From an uncultured Chloroflexia bacterium (GTDB lineage: Bacteria; Chloroflexota; Anaerolineae; Anaerolineales; UBA4823), in assembly GCA_963822175.1 (NCBI GenBank), contig CAWGGJ010000008.1, positions 640,388 through 704,387 of the forward strand: a DNA stretch of 64,000 bases. The letters run 5' to 3'. Position 1 is the first letter of the stretch. Each line of letters opens with the position of its first letter. A model generated the notes under the pieces. That model did no database searches, was not told where the DNA came from, and saw only the letters and a list, made by a program, of their open reading frames with translations. Of this stretch, positions 18,727 to 27,307 are shown piece after piece. Position numbers and translations under genes: made by a program.

Positions 18727-20442
18727 TTATTGGTATAAAGATGAATTATACACACCTTGATGCTCACGAATTTCATGAATGTATCTATTAACAAGGTGTG
18801 GTTGTATGGTTTGCTTGCCGCCAGAGATGAAGAAGCCGGGAGCCCAGAAATCTTCTGACGGGTTTTCTTCTGCCAGGGCTGGGAATTGGGAAAAGATATA
18901 CCGAGAGGTTTTCTGACGCAAGGTACGAACGAGTAAGGCTGGTGATGTTGTCAGTGGTGCTCCAGCAATCCATTGGATATGATCGGAGTGAATGGACAGA
19001 TGTTCCAGTCGCCAGCCAAAGGCTAAACAGAGCTGGCCCATCCATTTAAATAAATAAGACGCCAGGTTGCTATTTACAAGGTGCTGTGGCATACGGGGGA
19101 TCAGCAGGCAAGAATAGGTGATATATTGTCCAACAGATAATGGCGCTATCGTATTTTCTGATTCTAAATCGGTAATCGATCGAGTTTCATCAACTACAAT
19201 ATCAGGTGTTTTACTTGCTGTCTGGGAGACAAATTCAGAAATCTCATGATAATCAGAGATTTCACCTTCGATAGATTGAGTTGAATATCCTGCATTGGTC
19301 TCAATGTCGGAATCATTGGGTTTTGTAGCCGGTGAAGGTACCGCACTAGTTGTTTGTTGCTGTAAATCAGCTTGATAGGATGATGGAAATGGAAGAACAG
19401 AACTACCAGCAACAGTTTCAGTCTGAACTGATGGTAATTCGGTTGTTGCAGGCATGGGCTGATTTATTGAGGAATCGATAGTAGAGACAGGTTGAACTTC
19501 TTCAACAGTTTTCTTTATTGGCAGATTGCCACGATCGATTTCAGTTGTCCGGTACTCCAACAAAGAATTCTCTGGTGGTGATAATAAGCCGTGGGTAAGG
19601 TTTACAGTTTGTCGCCTGACTACGCTGAATGGGGTAGTTTGGTCAAACACTAGGGCGAGCATCATTTCCCTGGATAAAGAAACAACATACAAAAAATACC
19701 TGGTTTTAATAAATTCCAGTTGGATGAATCGAACAATATCACCATTTCCCACCCTTTGTTGGCTCTGGGAGATTTGCTTTTGTAGATTTTGGGAGGAAAT
19801 TTTACTAAAGCTATTGATCAGATCAACCAATTCCTGGATCGCAGCTGGGGGAAGCATTCCTGAATGGGTATAGAGCTGTTTTCTGCGCAAGACAAGGACT
19901 TCAAGAGCATCTGTTTTATCTGAAAGGTTGGTAAGCCTTTGATTCAGGTATGAAAATTCGTCCAATCTGGAATACGAGGTGAGGTTGCTTACTGGTACAA
20001 TCGTTGAAGCATGTTTTTGTGGTTGGACTGGGTCAGGATTGTGCAATTGTGAAGGAGGTGTTCCAGGTCTACCAATTTTTGGGGACGCATGCTGAAGTGA
20101 TGCAAATAATTGTGCTGAAGTAAAGGATCTTGGTAAGAATTCGTTTGGTTTTATGTTTATTATTTGAGACCGTGGGATACCATGCTCTGCAAGAATCAGG
20201 ATTAGGTGCAACCTTGGTGATAAATCCTTAAGTTCATTAATCACCTCAGGATCTTGAAAATCCGGATGTTGGGAATCAAGGATGCAGGCATCAACAGATG
20301 ATATTCGGGAATATTCCAGTGCTTCCAAAATGCCTTGGAATGGAATAGTTAAGTACCCACCGGCTTTATCCAATTCTTGTTGGATTCTCAAGACCATTTC
20401 AGGGGATGGAACAATTACCAATACGGTTGCTTCACCCTTCAT
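18727..20442 (-). CDS. Receiver-like N-terminal domain fused to an IS200/IS605 TnpA-like (HUH/Y1) C-terminal domain
   Basis: The N-terminus has a CheY-like layout (VLVIVPS...DACILDS...LILIL). A long S/T/Q/P-rich linker follows. The C-terminal ~120 aa parallels IS200-type TnpA block by block: YSC..., DHIQWI (for DHIHIL), RQKTSRYIFSQFPAL, FWAPGFFISGG, VNRYIHEIREHQ. Confidence 0.7.
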   Translation of the reverse strand: MKGEATVLVIVPSPEMVLRIQQELDKAGGYLTIPFQGILEALEYSRISSVDACILDSQHPDFQDPEVINELKDLSPRLHLILILAEHGIPRSQIINIKPNEFLPRSFTSAQLFASLQHASPKIGRPGTPPSQLHNPDPVQPQKHASTIVPVSNLTSYSRLDEFSYLNQRLTNLSDKTDALEVLVLRRKQLYTHSGMLPPAAIQELVDLINSFSKISSQNLQKQISQSQQRVGNGDIVRFIQLEFIKTRYFLYVVSLSREMMLALVFDQTTPFSVVRRQTVNLTHGLLSPPENSLLEYRTTEIDRGNLPIKKTVEEVQPVSTIDSSINQPMPATTELPSVQTETVAGSSVLPFPSSYQADLQQQTTSAVPSPATKPNDSDIETNAGYSTQSIEGEISDYHEISEFVSQTASKTPDIVVDETRSITDLESENTIAPLSVGQYITYSCLLIPRMPQHLVNSNLASYLFKWMGQLCLAFGWRLEHLSIHSDHIQWIAGAPLTTSPALLVRTLRQKTSRYIFSQFPALAEENPSEDFWAPGFFISGGKQTIQPHLVNRYIHEIREHQGVYNSSLYQ

Positions 20443-20502
20443 AATATCAGTTTATCACGCCCTCACTTTTGCTGCAAGGAATATTGACAACAGTGGTTAT
20501 AC

Positions 20503-22152
20503 ATGATATTGTTTAGTTGGATGGAAAAGCTTATACGACTTTTCCGAGTTTGTTTTGCATGCCTGTTCATTATGATGACGATACTTGGAACAGGTGTTGT
20601 TTACGCCGCTGAATCTTCCAATGAGGAAATAATACGTCAGGCAACCATCAATGTCTCTTACACACGCTACGAGTGGTGGTTACTACGCTGGTCAGATAAC
20701 CAAATCCTATGTTATGTGTATATCGATCATGAAGGATGGCCAACTACAGATGAAGTCCTGGCTGATTGCGGTACCAAGATCTATAACCAATGGATATATA
20801 CACAGCCTTGCAATGGGTTGGATCAAAACCAAATACCCACCAGTGATTGTTTAGGATTATATTTATACTTTTATGGAAGCTCAACCGCACAGAAGGAAAT
20901 TTTAGTAAATTTACCTCCATCACAGGTTTATGTGTCCTTAACTGGATGCAATCCTGTAGCTCCTGAAAACCTGTGTCCAACAATTCCCAAATTACACTTT
21001 ATTGGCGATGAACCACTACCCAATGAACAAATCAAAACCATCCATGTAATAATGGATGGAATTGAAACCGTTTGCCAGGGTGAAACTTGTGATATCCAGT
21101 TGCGACCAACGAATTTATCTGGAACGACGGTTGAATTTTGGGCAGATTCCAGTTTTGGTGATTCGAGCGAAAAATTCACTGCCCTGGTTCGGGTGATTGA
21201 TAGTGGGGTTAGTGCAACTCCCACGAGTGGTGGTTGGTATATTGACGTGATTTCTACTCAATGGGTGGGGAGTGAAATTGCCACCTGTGCCGATGTTTGG
21301 CAGGCATTTCCACCCGTAGGGGGCACCCCTGACTGGTTATCCACCCCTGAAGACCCAGCATTCCTTGAAACTGAAGAACCCTACGCATATCTTGCTGGTC
21401 GTTTGATTGCTGAAGGGGTGGTGGATGCATCTTCGTGTCCTAATGGCGGCTTATTATCGAATGGTTATGCGGATAATTGTGGACTTGAGATCGCAATGCC
21501 GGAAGTGATTATTTGGCAAAATCAATTTGATGACCAGATTATGCAGATTGCTTTAGAAACAAAGGTACCTGCACAGTTATTGAAGAATTTGTTTGCTCAA
21601 GAAAGTCAATTTTGGCCAGGTGTTTTCCGTCAACCTAATGAATATGGATTAGGCCAAATCACAGATAACGGGGCGGATGCTCTTCTGTTGTGGAATCCAT
21701 CCTTTTACAACCAGTATTGTCCACTGGTACTTACCGAAGATCAATGCTCGGTGGGTTATCTTAAGCTCGATGCTGAATACCAGGCATTATTGAGAGGCTC
21801 ACTGGCAACTACTGCGGATGCAGATTGCCAGAGTTGTGAGTACGGCATAGATCTAACTACGATTGATCAAAGTATCAACCTGGCTGCTCATTCCCTGCTT
21901 GCCAATTGCGAGCAGGTAGCTCAAATTGTTTATAATGCCACTGGTCAACTAGCTGGAAATGTAGCCAATTATGAAGAGTTGTGGAAATTTACTATTGCAA
22001 ATTATCACGTCGGGCCAGGATGCTTATCATATGCATTATATACAGCCTGGGCAGCAAGGGCTTCAATAGATTGGGAACATGTATCTACCTATCTCACGGA
22101 ACCTTGTGAGACAGTGATCCCATATGTGACTCAAATTACCATATCCCCCTAA
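20503..22152 (+). CDS. Secreted Cys-rich protein with C-terminal lytic-transglycosylase (SLT)-like domain
   Basis: It has a signal peptide. FAQESQFWPG...EYGLGQIT resembles the SLT catalytic E-S ... GLMQI motifs. Confidence 0.65.
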   Translation: MILFSWMEKLIRLFRVCFACLFIMMTILGTGVVYAAESSNEEIIRQATINVSYTRYEWWLLRWSDNQILCYVYIDHEGWPTTDEVLADCGTKIYNQWIYTQPCNGLDQNQIPTSDCLGLYLYFYGSSTAQKEILVNLPPSQVYVSLTGCNPVAPENLCPTIPKLHFIGDEPLPNEQIKTIHVIMDGIETVCQGETCDIQLRPTNLSGTTVEFWADSSFGDSSEKFTALVRVIDSGVSATPTSGGWYIDVISTQWVGSEIATCADVWQAFPPVGGTPDWLSTPEDPAFLETEEPYAYLAGRLIAEGVVDASSCPNGGLLSNGYADNCGLEIAMPEVIIWQNQFDDQIMQIALETKVPAQLLKNLFAQESQFWPGVFRQPNEYGLGQITDNGADALLLWNPSFYNQYCPLVLTEDQCSVGYLKLDAEYQALLRGSLATTADADCQSCEYGIDLTTIDQSINLAAHSLLANCEQVAQIVYNATGQLAGNVANYEELWKFTIANYHVGPGCLSYALYTAWAARASIDWEHVSTYLTEPCETVIPYVTQITISP

Positions 22153-22194
22153 CGCATTATTAACCTTAGTCGGGTAAAAAATCTTAGGAAATTA

Positions 22195-22386
22195 TTATTT
22201 TCCCAGCAATCGAATGAGCTGTTGGAATTCTTCCCATTCCTCGGTGAAGAAATGTACTGTGACGTTGTTCAATTCCAAATGATAGGTAGTTTCACCATCC
22301 GGTTCATCAGCTTTCCATATCTGATAATGAAGATTATCAGTTTCTGCAACCACCTGGGTCTTAAAATCCATGTCATTATCCGGCAT
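22195..22386 (-). CDS. Small acidic hypothetical protein (63 aa)
   Basis: It is an ORF only, in an otherwise empty gap, with non-random acidic composition. I recognise no motif. Confidence 0.4.
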   Translation of the reverse strand: MPDNDMDFKTQVVAETDNLHYQIWKADEPDGETTYHLELNNVTVHFFTEEWEEFQQLIRLLGK

Positions 22387-22437
22387 AGGTATTCCTTTCT
22401 TAAATGATCACATCTAGATAATACGAAAATAAAATAT

Positions 22438-23580
22438 TTATGGTGGCGGTAACACGTACCAGGGGCTGAGAAATCCACCCAAGTAGCGTGTTTCAAAATG
22501 AAGGTGTGTACCGGTTGAATTTCCAGTGCTGCCAACTGCCCCAATGTATGAACCTGAACCAACACTTTGACCACAGCCAACATTTACTGAACTCAGATGA
22601 GCATAAAGGGATTGGTAACCATTTCCATGGTCGATCATCACCATATTGCCATAACCACCATTAGACCAACCTGCAAAGACGACAACTCCTGCATCCGAGG
22701 CGAACACTCCATCACCATTTGATCCTGCAATGTCGATACCGAGATGACCAGACCAGTAGTCATTACCAGATAGGGCGTGGGAGGATGTCGGCCAGGAAAA
22801 GGCACCAGAGCCGTAAGCTCCGGAATAATCCCCCTCGCATGCACCTGGACCCAGGACTGATTTTGATACACCAGAGTTCGCCCGAGCGATGGTGGGAACA
22901 AGCCATTGGCGAAACTCGCGGTGCCCATTCGGAATCATGATCCATTGTTCAGGTTCCACTTGTGGATCGGTAAGATCAAAGTTGTTACCTTCCCAACCAA
23001 GGATATCTTCCACCTCGGCATCAAATTTTGCTGCAACAGAATCTATTGTGTCCCCTTCTTGCCACTGATAATATACACCATCGATAGGTGGAACATTAAG
23101 TTCCATGCCTGGATTAAGCATATCTGGAGAGTCATTCAATTGGTCATAATTTGCCCACAGAATGGTCTCCGGTTTTAGATTAAAGCCTTGAGCGATCCCA
23201 AACACAGAATCCCCGGTAGTGACTGTATAATCGATAATATTGGTGCGTGGTCTGGTAGGGATATTCGTATGCAGGGAAGTGCGACGAATTATTCCGTCTT
23301 CAGAAATTCCCCGATCAAACGTCGGTAGGGTGCTATCTTCAATATTTTCTAGTGAAAGAGTAACTTGGGTCAGACTGGATGCAGTAGAGGAAGGTTCGAG
23401 TGAGGCAGCCTTGGTGGTTTTTACCCGCCATCCAAGATAACCAGCTAAAAGCACGAGGCTCAAAGCTAGCATCCAGGTGCCGGTAAGCAGGATAGCATTT
23501 GGTTCTCGCCGATTACTCACCTTGGTTGATTCGGTTGGGCTAATATCTTGATTATATTTTTCATTCATGACCAATACCAA
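22438..23580 (-). CDS. LysM-domain M23 family metallopeptidase
   Basis: There are two LysM-like segments (YTVTTGDSVFGIAQGF, YQWQEGDTIDSVAAKF) and M23 motifs HLGIDIA, DHGNGYQSLYAHL, GSTGNSTGTHLHFE. Confidence 0.9.
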   Translation of the reverse strand: MVLVMNEKYNQDISPTESTKVSNRREPNAILLTGTWMLALSLVLLAGYLGWRVKTTKAASLEPSSTASSLTQVTLSLENIEDSTLPTFDRGISEDGIIRRTSLHTNIPTRPRTNIIDYTVTTGDSVFGIAQGFNLKPETILWANYDQLNDSPDMLNPGMELNVPPIDGVYYQWQEGDTIDSVAAKFDAEVEDILGWEGNNFDLTDPQVEPEQWIMIPNGHREFRQWLVPTIARANSGVSKSVLGPGACEGDYSGAYGSGAFSWPTSSHALSGNDYWSGHLGIDIAGSNGDGVFASDAGVVVFAGWSNGGYGNMVMIDHGNGYQSLYAHLSSVNVGCGQSVGSGSYIGAVGSTGNSTGTHLHFETRYLGGFLSPWYVLPPP

Positions 23581-23639
23581 TTAGATCCGCGTTTATTATA
23601 ACTGTTTAATCAATACCGCGGTTTTAACCAGTAAGTATA

Positions 23640-24920
23640 TTAGTCTTGATCTTCGTTTAAGGTTTCGAGGAAAGTCAGATTATTATCAGTCCTGGATAGA
23701 CGCTGCAGGATTGCCTCAGTTCCGGTAGCTGGATCCATTCCAGCCCCGAAAGGTGGTGCTGCAATCATCTGGTCATACATACGGCGCATCAACCAAACAC
23801 GCGGGGTAAGATCAGGCCCAAGTAATAACTCTTCACGTCGGGTTGATGACCGTTCAATATCAATTGCAGGGAAGACCCGGCGTTCCTGTAATCGGCGCGA
23901 AAGCAAAAGCTCCATATTCCCAGTTCCCTTGAATTCTTCATAAACTACATCATCCATGCGTGAACCTGTATCAACTAAACAGGTGGCGATAATGGTAAGG
24001 GAACCCCCCTCTTCAATATTACGGGCGGCACCAAAGAAGCGCTTGGGTGGATAAAGGGCGGATGGGTCGATACCACCGGATAATGTCCGCCCGGAAGGGG
24101 TGACAACCAAATTATATGCCCGGGCTAAACGAGTAATAGAATCCATTAGAATAACAACATCCCGCCCTGTTTCCACAATGCGCTTTGCGCGTTCCAAAGC
24201 CATCTCGGCAACCCGCACGTGTGAGGTCACTGGTTCGTCAAATGTTGAGGATATCACTTCAGCATCAACTGAGCGGTCCATATCGGTGACTTCTTCAGGA
24301 CGCTCACCGATCAATGCGACCATTAGATAGACATCTGGGTGGTTGGTTGATATTGCATTGGCAAGCTGCTTTAGAATGGTAGTCTTCCCTGCCTTGGGAG
24401 GTGAAACGATCAGACCACGCTGCCCGCGTCCAATTGGGGTGACCATGTCGATCAAACGCGTCGCCAGGGTATGTCGATCAGTTTCCAAATTAAAGCGCTT
24501 ATCAGGGAAAATTGGTGTCAGGCTTTCAAATGCAGGTCGGTTGCGAACCTCTTCAGGATCAATACCATTGACGGTTTCTACTTTGAGCAAACCGTAATGT
24601 TTTTCTGACTCCCGCGGGGGTCTGACATGACCAATGATCAGGTCACCATCCCGTAGACTATATCTACAAATCTGAGATTGAGATACATAGACATCAAATG
24701 CTCCAGGCTGATAATGACCTGATCGCAAAAATCCCATCCCATCACTCATGATTTCCAAGATTCCTCCACGCAGCTCAAGGCCATCTCTCTCAGCTTCAGC
24801 TTGCTGGATTTTTAGAATGAGATCATCTTTCTTTAATCGATTGGCACTTGGAACGTTGAGGTCCCTGGCGATCTGTCGGAGACGATCCAGGGGTGTGGTT
24901 TGTAATTCAATTACTTTCAT
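23640..24920 (-). CDS. rho: Transcription termination factor Rho
   Basis: The 426-aa ORF has the Rho N-terminal domain, Walker A PPKAGKT and the conserved C-terminal [10 protein letters not shown]. Confidence 0.97.
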   Translation of the reverse strand: MKVIELQTTPLDRLRQIARDLNVPSANRLKKDDLILKIQQAEAERDGLELRGGILEIMSDGMGFLRSGHYQPGAFDVYVSQSQICRYSLRDGDLIIGHVRPPRESEKHYGLLKVETVNGIDPEEVRNRPAFESLTPIFPDKRFNLETDRHTLATRLIDMVTPIGRGQRGLIVSPPKAGKTTILKQLANAISTNHPDVYLMVALIGERPEEVTDMDRSVDAEVISSTFDEPVTSHVRVAEMALERAKRIVETGRDVVILMDSITRLARAYNLVVTPSGRTLSGGIDPSALYPPKRFFGAARNIEEGGSLTIIATCLVDTGSRMDDVVYEEFKGTGNMELLLSRRLQERRVFPAIDIERSSTRREELLLGPDLTPRVWLMRRMYDQMIAAPPFGAGMDPATGTEAILQRLSRTDNNLTFLETLNEDQD

Positions 24921-25074
24921 ATGGTATCTTCTCTAAAGTAAAAATTTTGGATTTACACGATAATCTTTTAGGTCTAACCACAGCCTAATATCACATAATT
25001 ATATAAATCGAGGGCAGAAGTCAGATAAGTAAATAAGGCTAGTTACTGGTAATGGGGGGAAATTTAACAAGTAG

Positions 25075-25103
25075 ATTATAGCATGTATACGTGATTTATG
25101 CAA
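25075..25103 (-). promoter_or_regulatory. Sigma-70-type promoter candidate for rho
   Basis: On the minus strand: TTGCAT (25103-25098), a 17-nt spacer, then TATAAT (25080-25075). It lies about 150 nt upstream of the rho ATG inside a 534-bp AT-rich gap. Confidence 0.45.
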
Positions 25104-25454
25104 TCATTTCGCAAAGCATTTTGCTAATAAATTTGTGTATTTTATCCCAATGAAGTTTATTATCCTATCATGCTTATAAGTAGATATTGCAATTTAAAAG
25201 TATTCACGCTTCAAAGAAGACTAGCTTCGTCTTGCTTGCAGTAGGACGATATTTCCGCAATATAACCAATTATCTTCAGTTTTGAATTCTTTTTTTGGAT
25301 TTAATAATTTCTCGAGACTTTAACACCATGAAAAAAATGAATTCGTTGGTTATTGAAGTATTTAATCATAGACAGTTAAATTGATTAATACCAGCTATTG
25401 CTTAACATCGAAAATTTGAAAATATTCCGATACTTTCCATTCCACATATACGGG

Positions 25455-25880
25455 TTAATTTACATCTTTTATTGTATATTTATGCTCAATTTTACAGGCT
25501 TTGCTTAGCATCGCCTGTGCGGGACAGTATTTTGTTGCGGATAACTCAATTGATCGTTCAACTGCAGCTGGATCAATGTTACGCCCTTCTACGATATATT
25601 CAAGGAATATGTGCGTAAAGACTTTTGGAAACTCATCTGCTCGCTCTGCCCTTACCTGAACCTCGAAAGCAGTCACATCCTGTCTCTTTTTCTTCAGGAT
25701 GGAGATCGTGTCCATGCCTGTACATCCAGCCAAACCAATCGCAATCAATTCCATTGGTCTAAATCCAGTATTTTCACCTCCGGCCGATGCTTCACCATCC
25801 AATGGCAAGGTGAAATCACTTTCGCCGACCCCGGTAAAGGATAATTTATCATTCCAAATGACTTTTACAACCATAATCAT
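25455..25880 (-). CDS. OsmC/Ohr family peroxiredoxin-like protein
   Basis: The 141-aa ORF has the two conserved Cys contexts GLAGCTGMD and ATKYCPAQ. It overlaps the upstream gene by 4 nt. Confidence 0.85.
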   Translation of the reverse strand: MIMVVKVIWNDKLSFTGVGESDFTLPLDGEASAGGENTGFRPMELIAIGLAGCTGMDTISILKKKRQDVTAFEVQVRAERADEFPKVFTHIFLEYIVEGRNIDPAAVERSIELSATKYCPAQAMLSKACKIEHKYTIKDVN

Positions 25881-26446
25881 TGCTCCAGAAGTGGGGTCAC
25901 ATATTTTTCTAACATTTCCCGGTTAATTGGGCCTGTCCATGCAAGAATAACATTTCCATTGCGATCTATAACATACGAGCTTGGCAAATTCTCGTTTTTA
26001 AATGAAATCAAAGATTTCGTATTTGGATCCAACAAAACTGGGAAGGTTAATTCGTATTCCTCTGCAAATTTTACTACCTCTTCTTTGGGATCTCCTGCTT
26101 CAATCCCGAGTAACATAAATCCTTGTTCCGAATGCTCCTTATAGTACCTGGATAAGGTTGGCATTTCTGCTTTGCACGGAGGACACCACGTTGCCCAGTT
26201 GTTAATTAATATAATTTGATCTCGAAAATCTGAGATTGTTACTTGCTCTCCGTTGATATTATTCAGTGTCAGATCCGGGGCAGGATAATTTACTTCTGAT
26301 GGAATGACGGTGTAATCAGATGATATTCCATCAACTGAAATTAATTTGGCTGCGACCAATCCTAAAACGATCAGACCAACGCCAATTAATATCAGTGGGA
26401 TATAATAACTGAACCCTTTTTTCATTTTTCCTTTTTGCATAACCAT
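25877..26446 (-). CDS. Membrane-anchored TlpA/ResA-like thiol:disulfide oxidoreductase
   Basis: It has an N-terminal TM anchor and a thioredoxin fold with WATWCPPCKAEMP. Confidence 0.85.
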   Translation of the reverse strand: MVMQKGKMKKGFSYYIPLILIGVGLIVLGLVAAKLISVDGISSDYTVIPSEVNYPAPDLTLNNINGEQVTISDFRDQIILINNWATWCPPCKAEMPTLSRYYKEHSEQGFMLLGIEAGDPKEEVVKFAEEYELTFPVLLDPNTKSLISFKNENLPSSYVIDRNGNVILAWTGPINREMLEKYVTPLLEQ

Positions 26447-26458
26447 ATTACTTGAAAC

Positions 26459-27130
26459 CTACAAATTAGCTACCCGGCTTATTTCCTGAAGAAGATCATC
26501 TTCGGGTATTGCACCCACTACAACCCCTTTACCATTATTTATCGTAGTCTGAGGCACACCGCTGACATTATAATGCATTGAAAGTTCGTAAAACTCATTT
26601 GCAGAGACCATTTCAGCTGTAATATTGGGATTTTCCATTGCCAATTGATGGGCAAGCACCACGGCTTGCGGACAGTATGGTCAGGTTGGTGTTGCAAATA
26701 CTTTTAGATTTATGGGGCTTTTCAAATTGCGGAGTGTATTTCGCGTCTCTGATTTTAACCCCGAATCACGCCGTGAGACTAAAAGGATTGCCTGAATTAG
26801 CGAGCTAAATTCATAACCTGAAGGTTGACCAGCAAAACGTATCCCATAATCAATAACTTCATCTGGTTCATGTCCGGCAATTACAATGCTGGGGGCAAGA
26901 TCAACGTCATATTGTTGTGCCGTTTGAGGATCCTCATCAATACTGTATGCTTTAAGGAAAATTATTTTTGATAAATTGGAGAGTTCTTCCAATAATATTT
27001 TGGTATCTTCACAGGTATCACAGAAATCAGGTTTTGAAAATAAAATAATTTCTACTGGATGCACCAATTGGGCATCAAATATTTCCATGATTTGTTTTTC
27101 TAAATCTTCGTTAAGCACCTTGTCAGGCAT
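26459..27130 (-). CDS. Two-domain thioredoxin-fold protein disulfide oxidoreductase (glutaredoxin-like PDO) with an in-frame TGA at the CPYC position (candidate selenocysteine)
   Basis: ORFs 26681..27130 and 26459..26662 are in the same frame, separated by one TGA (26681-26683). Read-through gives ...KVFATPT-[TGA]-PYCPQAVVLAHQLAMENP...NVSGVPQTTINN. The N-terminal half has CDTC. Confidence 0.6.
26652..26669 (-). promoter_or_regulatory. SECIS-like hairpin 11 nt downstream of the in-frame UGA
   Basis: The mRNA reads UGA-CCAUACUGUCC-GCAAGC-CGUGGU-GCUUGC: a perfect 6-bp stem and a 6-nt loop containing GGU. Confidence 0.45.
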
Positions 27131-27236
27131 ATTTCTCCTCGTATATAATTTAGTGGTGGCTATTTTCTTACTATATTATGATGCTTGATCGTGTGATTCG
27201 TTACATATAATAAATTTATGCAATCCTTGTGTGTGG

Positions 27237-27245
27237 TGTTATAAT
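27237..27245 (+). promoter_or_regulatory. Extended -10 promoter candidate for the sortase-fusion gene
   Basis: TGtTATAAT lies about 63 nt upstream of the ATG at 27308. There is no good -35. Confidence 0.3.
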
Positions 27246-27307
27246 ATTTTAAGGTATACGTGATTTATTATTCCTTCTTCGCTTAATCGGAGACATCAAA
27301 GGTTAGG

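Noticed and set aside
18727-20442. Calling the IS200/TnpA-like region a mobile element.
   Set aside because: It is only a C-terminal domain of a larger protein. The HUH motif is degenerate. No tnpB, terminal hairpins or second copy are seen, and polA follows 6 nt downstream in the same orientation.
25328-25384. A small plus-strand ORF (MKKMNSLVIEVFNHRQLN) in the rho upstream gap.
   Set aside because: It has no SD, it is very short, it lies in AT-rich sequence where ATG...stop ORFs arise by chance, and it is on the opposite strand to both flanking genes.
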